A stretch of DNA of 64,000 nucleotides from Octopus sinensis (taxonomy: Eukaryota): positions 93,992,001 to 94,056,000 of the forward strand of contig NC_042999.1 of NCBI RefSeq assembly GCF_006345805.1, given 5' to 3'. The notes beneath the pieces were generated by a model that was not told the origin of the DNA, ran no database searches, and saw only the letters and a list, made by a program, of their open reading frames with translations. A program made the translations under genes and the position numbers. Each line of letters opens with the position of its first letter. Positions within the stretch are counted from its first letter, which is position 1. Of the stretch, positions 1 through 13,241 are shown piece by piece.

Positions 1-1210
1 AATTTATTTAACATCGATTTCACACCAGTGGTCTTGCATATAAAAAAACTGAAGGTTCAGTAAAATTGTATTATATATATATTAGTGGGAAACCACTATG
101 TGGACACCCTTATGCTAGAGATAGGTCCGCTATGGTATTACCACTAAGAAATGTTCTCAACAAAAATTTTGCAAAACAACCGAAACGTAACCGAGCAAGA
201 CAGAAGAAAAGACAAATATGGATTATTCGCATATATGTTTCACTATTACCATATTACGTAATTTTACTTACATAAATGTCCGTAGATCATCGGTGCGACC
301 GTCCAGATGAATATCATTTGCAGGAATGCATACTAGGACGTCCGTACAAAGTCAGATTTGTAATCAGTTCTACCCATAACACTCGTGGTTATTATTTCAA
401 ATGTCCTCGTTTTGGCGCGCTAAATTATCGGAAAGACTGATGCTTCAGATAACACTTTACTGCAGTGGCTTTTGCCGGTTAGAGAACGTATTAATTTAAA
501 TTTAAAATGAGGGTGAGAAATTAGATATTAATTTAATTAACATTGATTTCACGCCAGTGGTCTAGCATATAAAAAACTGAAGGTTCAGTAAAATTGTATT
601 ATATAAAATTGTATTATATTTCTTAGTGGTAAGACCATTGCGGATCTATTTTTTGCGTAAGGGTGTCCACATAGTGATTTCCCTCTAATATGTATATAAT
701 AAATTTTTACTGAACAATTCATTTTTTTATATGCTAGACCACTGGTGTGAAATCAATGTTAATTAAATTAATATCTAAATTCTCACCCTCATTTTAAATT
801 TAAATTTAAATTAATACGTTCTCTAACCGGCATCAGTCTTTCTGGTAATTTAGCGCGCCAAAACGAGAACATTTGAAATAATAACCACGAGTTTTATGGG
901 TAGAACTGTTTACAGATCTGACTTTGTGCGGACGTCCTAGTATACAGTCCTGCAAATTATATTCACCTGGATGGTCACACCTATGATCTACGGATATTTA
1001 TGTAAGTAAAATTACGTAATATGGTAATAGTGAAACATGTATGTGAATAATCCATATTTTTATTGTCTTTTCTTTTGTCTTGCTCGATTACGTTTTTGTT
1101 GTTTTGCAAAATTTTTCGTGAGAACATTTCTTAGTGGTAAGACAATAGCGGATCTATTTCTAGCATAAGGGTGTCCACATAGTGGTTTCCTTCTAATATA
1201 TATATATATA
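1..1210. repeat. Head-to-head (inverted) arrangement of a ~529-bp tandem repeat unit
   Basis: The motif CAT(C/T)GATTTCAC(A/G)CCAGTGGTCT recurs at 12 and 541 (period 529). 690-1205 is the reverse complement of ~73-605, e.g. GGAAACCACTATGTGGACACCCTTATGCTAG at 88 pairs with ~1160-1190. The arms differ by substitutions and a 32-bp indel. Confidence 0.9.
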
Positions 1211-1224
1211 TATATGCATATAAG

Positions 1225-1372
1225 GTGTTTCTTCAAGTTCTTTCTCTCAAATCAACTCAGAAGGCTTTGGTCGGTCCGAGGCTATAGCAGATGACACTTG
1301 TTCAAGGAGGCAAGCAGGGAAGTTAAATCCGGAACCATATAGTTGGGAAGCGAGCATATATACCACGCAGCA
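1225..1372 (-). mobile_element. SINE family 1 (tRNA-derived), 5' half
   Basis: Aligns by eye to the head of the fuller copies at 13640-13795 and 28252-28400 (GGCTTTGGTCGGTCCGAGGCTATAGCAGATGACACTTG). Confidence 0.8.
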
Positions 1373-1477
1373 CAGCACGCCGTGTATGCATGTATATGTA
1401 TATATAGATGTGTGTGTGTGAGAGTGAGTGTGTGTGAGTGAGTGTGTATGTGTGTGTGTGTGTGAGAGAGTGAGTGT

Positions 1478-1525
<48 letters not shown>

Positions 1526-2059
1526 TATTGTTGTATTTCGGTATGGTAATTTAATTTTTTTCTTTGACAAATAATCAGAGGCACTACATATTTTTTCTTC
1601 ACTCATTTATTACTGTTCTTCTTTAATTATTGTTTTAATAAACGTTTGAAGAAAAAATATAGTGCGTGTGTTGATATTGAAAAAAATAGAAAGAAATGAC
1701 CATCCCGAAATACAACGATATCTGTTTGAACAAACGATTTCATATCAGGAATCTTTCAAAACGAATCTTGATATAAAAATGTATCTTGATATTTTTGAGC
1801 CTTTATATACGTGTAGTTATATGAGGATCTATTTCATTGAATGATACATAATTATTTCATAAAAAATTCTCACCAAAATAACCTATATGAGTTGTATATA
1901 AAAGACAAAGAGTATTACTATATACAACTTGCTTTTATCGGCATCGATACTTGAAAACGCATATATGTAAGCATACGTTTGAAAATATATATAATTATGC
2001 TTTTGCCAATCAAATAAGGCAATTTGGTATCTGAACTGAAAAGTGTAAAACCCATGAAC

Positions 2060-2300
2060 AAATAACAAATGTTAGCTGCACCGATGTTCTTCCGTTCCGT
2101 CAATCCCCCGCCCTTGATTAGCTATTTTCTCTGGCCCCGACACAACGAAAGTCTAATTTGACTTCGGTTGGACGAGGAGCCAATGTCCGGAGAACGAAAA
2201 CAATTATTGCATGGACCCAGAGCAAGGCTCTAACTAAGCTGAAAATTAGTCGCCTGTTACGAGCACTGATTTGAAGTTTGCTAGAGGTATTTGGCAGTGA
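2060..2300. promoter_or_regulatory. CpG-containing, promoter-like non-repetitive island
   Basis: Locally GC/CpG-richer than the flanks, with a GC box (CCCGCCC ~2107), CCAAT (~2180) and CTTCCG ETS-like motifs. No linked gene was identified. Confidence 0.25.
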
Positions 2301-2699
2301 TACAATATAAAACCTTTAGATATTCATTCAGTGAACGCCAATGGTTGTATGTTATACGCAACCATCCATAGTGAAGCGAAGAGATTTCAAAGAAAAATCA
2401 ATTCAAACCAAAATTTTCCTCGTTCAAAGAAGAATTCAGCGCATGTACATGTAAATACATTTTATATGGATATTAGCAATAACATGCATTATACACCGAG
2501 ACAAATGCCATTATATAGGCGGAAGACATGAATAAACACAAAGCATATAACTATATATCGGCTATGAAACCCAGTATCTAGTTCGGTATTATCTTTAAAA
2601 ATTCGCTCAAAGAAATAATTGGTGGAATTGTCATTCAACATCGCATGGTTTTGCATAGGGAGTATTGATAACTGTGGCCTGAAAGTCTTGTCAACACCT

Positions 2700-3633
2700 G
2701 TAAATATTGCTTTAATTTTCTATTTCAGATTGCTGACATTCATGTCACCCCCTGTAATGATTGTTTTAATTTTCTGTTTCAGATGGCTAACACTAGCTCC
2801 TACAGTTTGGAAGAGAGGTTGATTGCAAGTGTATGGGCTGGGCACATGATCGTGTGCATTCTAGCCATAACATGAGGATGTGCGTCAGGACTAAGCTATA
2901 ATGACAGGGACAAAAAACGTGTGGCATATGGAAAGTTTCTTGATGTGTTTCCGACAATCCAGATGAATCTGCAATTAACCATAGTGGCCAGGCTAGGAAT
3001 ATTTATTTCCGGAGGAAAGAAAATCCGCACTATTACGAAGAACCGGAGCACAACAACGTGCATGTGATAATTTGGGACGCTATAGTGAGTAAGCACTTAT
3101 AGTAGCAGGTTTCTTCGAGGGCTCTTGCCTTATTAAGGAAGTCGTTTGTTCACAGATCCAGAGGTTGAATAAGGATTTGAATGATTGTTGGTTTCACCAA
3201 GATGTTGCCCTACCCCAGTATGCCATCAATGTCAGGGAATACTTGAATGAAGTTTTTCGGTAGAGATAGATGTTTCGAGGATCACAACATCTTCGAACAC
3301 CTCTCGATTGGTCTCCCAGACAGAAGTCCAGACCTCAGGTCCTGCGACAACTCTCTGTCGGGTATAATCAGGGAAAGAGTTTCACAAGTGCGATACCAGA
3401 ATGCCCAACAGTAGAAGGACACTGTTTCAAGAGCCTTTACAACAATCACCAAAGCACAGCTTCGTAAAACATCACACATTGTGCCACGAAAATGATGGTA
3501 TTCAAACAGACCATTTCGATGTATGGCAGTGTCATTGTCATTAAAAATGATTAGAGTAAAACACAGTACATATGTTTGATACTATATTGTTATTCTATTG
3601 TTCTTATTACTTTTCGGCTTTAGGACCACCCTG
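2700..3633 (+). mobile_element. Decayed, internally deleted Tc1/mariner element (rosa/DD41D-related transposase)
   Basis: ATG 2783 gives MANTSSYSLEERLIASVW. Later fragments read DES..ENPH..HVIIW, WFHQDVALPQYA.NVREYLNE and DWSPR/SPDLRSCDNSLSG, with stops and frameshifts. The 3' TIR GGACCACCCTG is followed by TA at 3634. Confidence 0.85.
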
Positions 3634-4113
3634 TATATAATTAGATCTGTTTCGGTGAGAATTGGTATTAGCCGTGAGTAACTAAATAGCACCATCTGGA
3701 AAAGGTATTTAATGATATTTAATATTATAATTATTCTTTGGGCACTATTGTCCGGGGTGAGTGGTTTTTCTGGAATTTGTTGAAGAGAACCATTTAAGAA
3801 CCGTTTGAATGTTATGTGAGTATTTTATTCTCTTACGTTAAAGAGAACGTGACGGTTGAGGTGAAATAGTTTATCTTCGTGCTGTGATGTGACGTGAGAA
3901 TGATTTTGGTATAGGGTGAATGGCACGGGGACCAGAATTTGGGTGAATTTTGAAGCTGAGACCAGCACATTTAGGCAATAGTTTTGGGATGTCTTCCACA
4001 TCATACAAACGATGTAGCGCTCATTGAAGACAATACAGTTTGTGTTTCTGAAGCCGATCCCAACAGTCAAGATGTTCTCCTTTTTCTTTCTTTCTTTCTC
4101 CCCCCCTCTCTGC

Positions 4114-4116
<3 letters not shown>

Positions 4117-4156
<40 letters not shown>

Positions 4157-4322
4157 TAGATAGATACATACATACATACATACATACATACATACTACAT
4201 ACATACATACATACATACATACTACATACATACATACATACATACATACATACATACATACTACATACATACATACATACATACATTCATATATAATATA
4301 TATGTAAATGTGAGTTGCATAA

Positions 4323-4355
<33 letters not shown>

Positions 4356-4400
4356 CGTGAGTATGTGTGTGTTCGTATACATATGTATATAAGTGTGTGT
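4117..4400. repeat. Compound microsatellite (TA)n(TAGA)n(TACA)n(TG)n
   Basis: Direct inspection. Representative of dozens of similar tracts throughout the window. Confidence 0.95.
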
Positions 4401-4632
4401 CAGTGTACACTTTCAAAGAAGTAAAGTGAGTGTACACCCGTTCCCTCTATGGTTTTACTTAACACACTTAACTCTTTATTTGGTTTGTGTAGAAAACTGT
4501 ACGTCATTTATGTTGTTTTATTTTCAATAGCATCTCACAATATACATTCAAATATACACTCACATCTACGTAAACACTGCACACAGACACATATTCATTT
4601 ATATACATACACACATATATAAATACATAAAT

Positions 4633-4694
<62 letters not shown>

Positions 4695-6329
4695 TATATA
4701 TATATATTATATATATATATATATACATACATATATGGGTATGGCAGTGTATGAACAGCATTAAATATATGCATAGCTATTGTATCATTTATAGTTAATA
4801 TAGCATCAAAGACATTCTCTCTTGTTGAACAGCGGTTTCCCTTTGGAAAAAAATAGCGTGTCTCTGAAAGTGAATGCCATATCTTTCCTTCCTTCACCAA
4901 CAAACTCAACTGACGTATTGTTGTGCTGCTCTTGCTATTTTGTCCATTTGCATGCCACCCACTCTGCATCACTCATTGTGTTTGTGCGTAACAATTGATT
5001 CTTTACACTTTAGGTTCTCTATATCACCGTTAATCCGTTCTTCTGGCTCCTTAATTGCCTATTGTTTTTATTTATTGTTCACACAGACACATACACACAT
5101 GCACACACATATTTGTATATATGTGTATATATATATGTGTGTGTGTGTGTGTGTATATATATATACATATACAGTAATGTACGTGAGTATATCTATATAT
5201 GCATGTATATATGAATATACATACATGCATAGATACATACATATAAATTTGTGTATTACTGTATGTACATAAATATAAGTACATTTGTTTGTTTATAACT
5301 TAATGTAATTTCTAGCGCTACACTGCGGATCTTCAATCGATTTGCATACAGAACACATTATGCATTACCTCAATTTTCTCCTATTTTATGCATTGTTTTT
5401 TTTTTATTATTGCTCTTTTTGCATTTGTAGCTCATTTCTTTAATCTTCTAAAGGAAAGGAAATATTCATGTATAAGTAAATTGAATTAGACTCAACTCCT
5501 GAAAATTACACGTGTAGTTAACGAATAGAGATCCCTTGGAGGAATATTCCCTTTCTTTAATCCCCTGTGAAAATGTTAAAAATGTTTATGTATAAGTAAA
5601 TGGGAAAAAAAATATCATTCGAACAATGAAGATTATTCCTGTTATATGAATATAAGAAAATACAAATACCTTCTAGGAATATTTACATTAGCATTTTCGC
5701 TTTGAATTCTCTAATGTGAAGGAGACATCCAAGCAGGAGTTAACTGAAAATAACACCTGAGCACCTTAGAGTATCAATGCCATTAATAAATACAAGCTGC
5801 ATCTAGGAGTATTTAAAAGCGTAAATCTTCACTTGGCCCTAATAATTTTATTTTAACGAAACTTACGGACAATATTAACTAGATTGTTCTCTAACACGTA
5901 TGTTCCGCATGATTAACACAGATTTTTGCAGTAAATTAAAAGAAATGTGATTATTCACGACATCGATCTATGTTTATTCTTTTCAGACAAATGTATTGCT
6001 TGCGCCCAACTCACGGAGCATTTAGCATCTTATTCGGTGTACCATTCAGCGAACATGGTCGAAAATCAATGATATACATAAGTTGCAATGAATTTGGTGA
6101 ACAGATCTAGATATTTCCAGGACTACAATAATGCACAATTATATTTAAAATTTAAAAGATGCTTTATATTTAAAATTTAAAAGATGCTTTTTCAGTCACA
6201 TTTAGTAAATGTAGTTCTTACCAAGAGGAAGTGACGTCATTTGACTATCATTTGGTGCTTCGATCTTGAATCCCAATACACTCTTTTTGGTGGATCAGCA
6301 GTAGCGTTCAAATCATTATTCATCATATC

Positions 6330-7260
6330 CTCTTCGTTTCCAGCTTAACCCACCTCCCCTGCTCCATAACCATTAACGGTTTCTGTCTGCTACCTCTTCC
6401 ATCCTTCACCCTCTTACCTTTAACATTTTCCTCTTATTCCGCTAGTTCTAAGCATTCTCCTTACAAACTGGACAGGAGATCCTCTATAGTCAACCTCGAT
6501 GCGGAAAATCCATGATTGCCATCCCTTCTCCTAGCAATCCTGAAAAAGTTACTGATAGTCGGCAGGCTTCCATTCAAAAGCTTCAAGTCACTCGTTTTCC
6601 CTTTGTATTGCAAGCTGGATCAAATTTATACGCCTCTGATCCCATTGTTGCTTTTTAGAATTTTTATCGGCAGCTATTGTATGGAGGTTCATTCCTACGA
6701 TGAAGAGAATGATGGAAAACTGTGCTTTCAGTTAGGAGTCCCATTCCCAGTTTTAGCCAATGGTTATAAATTGGACTCTTTTGAAGCACAACTGGTTGTC
6801 TCTGCTTTTGATGTGCAGAGGAACATGTTAGTAATCACAGGCTGTATATGAGGAATTGGTCCGTACGCACATGCCTAAAGTAGCCAGACTGTTAACAGCT
6901 TCTCTTTGATTGCTTTCTTTTTTTTTTGTGGTAATGGTGACCTCTCGGATTATTTGATTGACAGCTCTGATATCTGTGTTCCAATGTCCGGAGAAAACTC
7001 ACTCTCACGTTTCTAGATATAGGTCTCTATGTCTCCATTTTCGGTTCATGTAGGAGGTCATATTTTTGGTCAACACTGAAAAGAATATTTCACCTTCAAC
7101 TCCTAGGATTGAAGTTTTTCTTAATATCTTCATGGCTTATTTTTCTTTCGTTGTTACAAAACACATTTCCGTCTTCTTCCAGCTCAATGAAATGATTTCC
7201 TTTTTATAAATCTTCCGGAACAGAGTCTACAATCTCCGAAGGAGATTATTATATGTGTGG
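6330..7260 (-). mobile_element. Decayed non-LTR retrotransposon RT fragment (RLE-type, HERO/NeSL-like)
   Basis: Minus-strand translation gives SILGVEGEIFFSVLTKNMTSYM, FSGHWNT (cf. GFSGC.EHT), LTVWLL*ACAYGPIPH (cf. VWLDLANAYGSIPH) and WLKLGMGLLTESTV..ILFIVGMNL, in the correct order. Many stops. Confidence 0.7.
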
Positions 7261-8627
7261 TAGAATGTATAATTATATTACATAATAGAATACTATATCA
7301 TATAATACAATAATATATGATATCATGCAATATTATGTAATACAATAAGTTATCCCATTGGGATACAGTGAGTTGCTCACATGCAATCACATGAGAGAAG
7401 CAGAGCAGCTCCAGCACAAAAGGCAGAGAAAATAACTCAAGTAAAAAGAACGGAACGAATATTATGAACATAAGGACAATGAACATTAGCGATTTTATTT
7501 GAAAATCGCACGATTTGTTTTCTGTATTCACTATATTTCATTAAGTTGGAAAATAATACAGCTGCATTTTGTAGGTAAAAATGCTCGGCTGAGACTTTCT
7601 TAATCCGTCATATCAATGAGATTTATATTTAGTATAACTTAATTTGCTATTGCTTTATATGAATTGATCCCTCTTAGTACATGGACTGCGTAGATATACG
7701 ATACATCCCTAAGGAGATTATAAAGTCTGAAACATGTTTCAACAGTTGATTGTAGACAAATGAGTCCCACTCAACATTGCATTCGCTAAATTATTAAAAC
7801 GAATATTTCTCATCTTTATTATTTAAGTAAACAGCTATCATTGTTAGTCATTAAACATCCTTAAAGTGCATTTATCTCAATGATTTAAAGAGCTGATCAT
7901 CTCCATTGAAAGTGATTTCCCAAGTCATTTTATGTTTCATGCAGCAGAGATTACATCATTTGTAATTCGTATCCCTCTTTAGGCTGATGCACACACATAC
8001 AAAACACATGGACACACACGCACTCCCTGTACAACTCATAAATGCACTCACATTCACGCATGTATAGATATAAATGTGGGGTTACATGTTTGTGTTTGTG
8101 TTAATATTATGTGTTTCTGATTGTGTCCGCTGGCGTTTGTTTGAAAGTGTGTTTGCGTGTGTGTTTGTGCGTGCGTGTGCGTGCGTGTGCATGCGTGCGT
8201 GTGTGTTTGTGTTGCCCGCTTCTTCATATGAACTGAACGTGTGTGCGAGACGCCTGTCATGTGGCTATGTCGGTTTTATAAATATACGTTTACTTTTGCT
8301 TCAGTTTTATTCTTATTTCTTTAGATTGCCATTTCTGTTCTTAGTCTTTCAGCATTTTTGCACTGATGTTAATGAAGCATTTATTTTATTTTCTTTCTTT
8401 CTTTCTTTCTTTTATTTATTTATTTATTTCTGTCTGTCTTTATTTATTTATTTCAAATGAAGCATTGATCCTGATACAGCAAAAAACTATTAATATCAAC
8501 AGAGATAGACATATACAAATAGGAAAAAGTATATACATCTAACCTCAAAATACATATGCACACCGAGGAATAGTTTCAGGCCAAGTCACACTTATATACT
8601 TACGCGCATACATACCTACGTATAGAC

Positions 8628-8675
<48 letters not shown>

Positions 8676-8867
8676 ACACACATACATACACATGAGAAAT
8701 GAATGTGTATATATTTGTGCGTGCCTGCGTTTGTACGTATGTATGCGACACTAAATGTGCTACTGCGTGCATACAAACATCTGTAAATAGACGTTGATAT
8801 CTAATAATATATCATAATTTAAAAAGAAGAAACATTCATGCCAAATTCATGAACCGATACACGCATG

Positions 8868-8901
<34 letters not shown>

Positions 8902-9031
8902 GAAAGGCAGCCAGACGGACGGACGGAGACGGAGAGTGTGTCTAATGATATACTCATACAAATTGAGAGAACCTGACTGACAGGAAGTGATAGAGATAAA
9001 TGAATAAATAAAAAGCTCGCTATACAGGTAA

Positions 9032-9094
<63 letters not shown>

Positions 9095-9329
9095 CATACA
9101 TACAAACATACATACATACATACTTACATACATACATACATACATAAAGAGATCGATAGATAGCTACAAATACTTTCATGTGAAGAAAACGAATCAAATA
9201 ACATTTTATAACATGGCCAGAACCCTCATCTTCAGGTTATACGCTCGCATGGCATATAGAAGCTGAGACAGGACGATAGAATGAGTGAAAATACCAGAAA
9301 AGTCGAGAAGAAAGTAGATGTCAAAGGTG

Positions 9330-9500
9330 GAAGGCTGCAAACGCAGTTATAATATTGACGGTATTGCTCGAATATTTCTTTACTGGCAGATAGGGATGTG
9401 ATCCTGTTAAGATACGCTATGATGGATTTTAGGACAGATGGGGAGTGATTGGCGGAAAAGTGAACAGAGTTAAGGTTTTTACCGGGTTTATGGTACGGGA
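9330..9500 (-). mobile_element. Penelope-like element RT fragment
   Basis: Minus frame PYHKPGKNLNSVHFSANHSPSVLKSII..LNRITSLSASKEIFEQYRQYYN resembles the PLE KP..YVH..SNHPP.I...RIS.LSS...F motif. Confidence 0.7.
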
Positions 9501-9639
9501 AGATTGTGCTGTTTTGTAAATTTAGTGTAACATCTAGGAAATTAAGTATTTTGATACTGTAACTAAAAGCTACGCACAGACCTAGAATTTAAAAAGAAAA
9601 AATATCTGATTCAAAAGCAAAATCCTTATTCAGCCACAT

Positions 9640-10215
9640 GTGTCCAATTTTGTCCTATTACCTGTCGCTATCTTTGAGGCAACTTCATGATCCCATCCTT
9701 CCATAACTTAGCATATATTTGGGTTAGAAACTGGACGAAGTAGTTCTTCTAGCCTTCTTAAGAAGTGAAGTTCTCTAGATGATTTTGTAGGGATCGAAAT
9801 AAATGGTAATTCGAAGTTGCAATGTTAAGGTCTAACAATATCCTGAAGGCAGGTGCTATCCTTTCGATCTGCCAATTCTGGGCATTTTTAATCGTTTGCC
9901 TTTTTTAATTGCTGTAATTGATAACAGTAATTCTCTAAATTCAATGTCAGATTTTGTAGAAGGAGGTCGTAATATATATCTGTTTCCAATCAAATAGGTA
10001 GAGAATATCACCTTCGGGTACTGACCAGTTTTTGGAGGCATTAAAGGTTTTTCCTGTCGTTTACAAGACATTTACCAATGCACGATGTTAACATCTTTCC
10101 CCTTTTCTTTACTTGTGATCTTTCTTTTCAAAAATGGGTTGTTTTGCGGCATTTAAACAAGAAGACAGAAGACAGTACGGTCCGTATCTGTTGAGTCATG
10201 AAGCACCCATATAGT
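9640..10215 (-). mobile_element. Decayed mariner (DD34D) transposase fragment
   Basis: Frameshifted motifs in order: NPFLKRKITSKEK, GQYPKV, DWKQIYYDLL..NYCYQL..CPELADRK, IATSNYHLFRSLQNHL, KDGIMKLPQR*RQVIGQN. Confidence 0.85.
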
Positions 10216-10694
10216 AATAGGTGAGATTTGAGCATTGGTGTGAGAGTGACATTATGAATAAAATTTGAGGGACTTAATACATGATACAATCTTAAATTAC
10301 GCCACTATAAATCATATTTTCTATTTAATATTCATTTAATATTAATGGTAATCTCTTGTAATTAACGAAAACTTCTTAAGGAATTTCCTATGTCACGAAC
10401 TTTGCGAAGAAGTTCACCTTTCCTCATCTCTGGATCCGTGCTTTATTATTTTACCTTAAATAGCGTCGTTATGATGTTCCTTGGCAGATTTCTCAGGAAG
10501 TTCATTTAGTAGTATATCAAACTAAGAATCCTGCTTCACTCTTTTACATTACTACAAGGTGGACAAAATGGGGATCTAGCTAAGATTAGTAAGATTCTCA
10601 GGCCAAAGGCATACACACAAGCACACGCACAAACAAACAGACATTCACACACACACACACACCCGCATACACACACATACACACGCACACACAT

Positions 10695-10760
10695 AAGGCC
10701 AGGCTTGGCTGTGTCGTTAAGACGTTTGCTTACCAACCACATAATTCTGAGTTCAGTTTG
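10695..10760 (+). mobile_element. SINE family 1 head fragment
   Basis: GGCTTGGCTGTGTCGTTAAGACGTTTGCTTACCAACCACAT matches the head at 28252. Confidence 0.7.
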
Positions 10761-10799
10761 AAATCTTTGCACAATACCATCAATTTAAAGGTGGGGTGC

Positions 10800-10953
10800 G
10801 TTGATTGTATCAACTCAGTGCCAAGCTGGTACCTCGAAAGAATGAATGTCAAAGTCGACTTCGGCGCAATTTGAACTCAGAACGTAAATACGGACGATAA
10901 GCCGGTAAGCATTTTTCCCGATGTGCTAACGAATCTGCCACTTTTCCGCCTTA
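10800..10953 (-). mobile_element. SINE family 2 (tRNA-derived) copy
   Basis: Reverse complement matches 12017-12170 (TGGCAGA.TCGTTAGCA...TTCAAAT..CGCCGA.GTCGACTTTG). Confidence 0.8.
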
Positions 10954-11609
10954 CACTGTTCTATTAATTAAAAATATAACACCATAATTGGAAAGAATTA
11001 CAATGCGCTCAGACGTTTCAGTTTTACAAATAATGCAGATTATCCAACACACCTGCTTTGGGTCTTAAACAACACAGGAAAATATACACATATCTTAAAC
11101 TGAATATAAAACTCCTTCCGATATCATTTTCAGATATGATCTGCGACAAATTCCTACCTGTTACAACTACTAGAAAAGTACTTCTCATTTCTAACCAGGC
11201 CATCAACTAATTATCAGCGAAACAAACATTTCTAGTTTTTCGCTTTACAATAATGCGATCACAACCACTGATACGCACATATTTTCAACATAACAATTAT
11301 AGATACAGGTAAAAAGACATGCAAGGCAACATAAAATTATGCAGCCACTGCCTCACATCAGAAGTGCAACTCAGTATCAAACAATAAAACAAATAATAAG
11401 AAAATAAACCATAAAAAAGAAAAAATATATATATTGACATAATTTTATATAGAACGTGGGCTACAAAGAAACGGTACTACGCAATTTAAAGTAATTATCA
11501 GCAACATTCAGACAATATTTCTAGTCACATTCATAAGCTCAATAATACGATCTTAATCCAATACCAACCACATATTTGTGAAATAGGAAACATATGTAAG
11601 TGAAATTAC

Positions 11610-11857
11610 CACTACAATGCATTTGTTGAAAATAATCAACGAAAAGACAAACGATGAAAAACAGATATGAAAAAATAATCAACAGATATTTGGATCTGGA
11701 TTTCAACACAAGCTTCTTTCTATCATACGCACAAAATGCAATAGCACAAAAGACACCGGCTTGGATAACATCACAATCATACAGCTGAAACATGAAATCT
11801 GAATTAAATAGATCTTCCCAATATTTAATTAAGTCATCCCTCTGAAATTTACAGAAT
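11610..11857 (-). CDS. Candidate exon encoding a signal-peptide/TM-like segment (unverified)
   Basis: Acceptor TTTTTTACCGATCTTCTAG (alternative TTTCAG at 11842) and donor G|GTAATT. Open frame FCKFQRDD...RKKLVLKSRSKYLLIIFSYLFFIVCLFVDYFQQMHCS-G ends in phase 1, with an in-frame ATG at 11793. No homology recognised. Confidence 0.3.
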
Positions 11858-12016
11858 CTAGAAGATCGGTAAAAAAAGCGTGAAGATATTACAACCAAAC
11901 AAAAAACGCCTCAAAGTAACACGATATATAAATTTGGTTCTCCTTTACTCAGTACACTCTGAAATATTCAAGATAAGTCGGTTAAGATTTGGTCTCACTA
12001 AACTATCATTCGTATT

Positions 12017-12222
12017 CGAGTTGGCAGAACCGTTAGCATGCTGGGGAAAATACTTAGCGGCATTTCGTTAATTTTCACGTTCAAATTCCGCCGAGGGCGA
12101 TTTTGTTTTCAATCATTTCGTAGTCGACAAAATAAGTACAAGTCGAGCACTGGTGTCCAGGTAAGCGATTTGACATCTTCCCAAAAGTTGCTGACCTTGT
12201 ACCAAAATTTGAAACCGTTATT
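12017..12222 (+). mobile_element. SINE family 2, near full length
   Basis: tRNA-like head CGAGTTGGCAGAACCGTTAGCATG...GTTCAAATTCCGCC, then the body and 3' CCTTGTACCAAAATTTGAAAC. Related copies at 10800 and 54750. Confidence 0.8.
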
Positions 12223-12627
12223 CTCCAGAAGTAGATCGACAAGTGCATCAAATTCAGAATGGAAAAAGGAAACAGAAACCCAGGATACAAAACAACAGTG
12301 TCGGATAACTGCAACCAACTGTCACTTTCAAAAACATTAATCAAACTTGCACAAAGTACACAAAATTTAGCTTTAAAAATGAATGGTAAAAGTTAAAAAA
12401 CCAAAAGAGCTTAGCGGATTCAGACAGACTTCACATGTGAAATAGAAAAACAGAAAGAAAAAATACGAACTTTAGTTTGTCTTTGGCGAAAGTTTTAATA
12501 AAAGTTTATTTCACGTTCTCTGATGTAACTCAATGCGTTGATAACTATGTGTTGTACATTATTAAATCAATACATTACTTGTTGCAATGGAATGAAAATC
12601 ACACGCAAAACACATGCAAATGCTCCT

Positions 12628-12663
12628 ATATATATATATAAAATAGATATATATATATATAAT

Positions 12664-12694
<31 letters not shown>

Positions 12695-12697
12695 TAC

Positions 12698-12728
<31 letters not shown>

Positions 12729-12749
12729 CATATATATATATAGATACAT

Positions 12750-12783
<34 letters not shown>

Positions 12784-12811
12784 GATATATACATATATTA
12801 TATACATATAC

Positions 12812-12856
<45 letters not shown>

Positions 12857-12972
12857 TATATATATACATCTATATATATACATACATATATATATACATA
12901 TACATACATACATACATACATAATATATATATTATATATATATATATATATATAGATATATATATATATAAT

Positions 12973-13003
<31 letters not shown>

Positions 13004-13006
13004 TAC

Positions 13007-13037
<31 letters not shown>

Positions 13038-13058
13038 CATATATATATATAGATACAT

Positions 13059-13092
<34 letters not shown>

Positions 13093-13120
13093 GATATATA
13101 CATATATTATATACATATAC

Positions 13121-13165
<45 letters not shown>

Positions 13166-13206
13166 TATATATATACATCTATATATATACATACATATAT
13201 ATACAT

Positions 13207-13241
<35 letters not shown>

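Noticed and set aside
2180-7000. Identical 15-mer CCAATGTCCGGAGAA at 2180 and 6981
   Set aside because: A match of this length is expected by chance in a 64-kb self-comparison, and the flanks are unrelated.
7298-7531. Hydrophobic minus-strand ORF with a GTGAGC donor at 7380 (second signal-peptide exon?)
   Set aside because: Starts at GTG, has a weak acceptor, hydrophobicity follows from T-richness, and it abuts a retrotransposon fragment. Not supportable.
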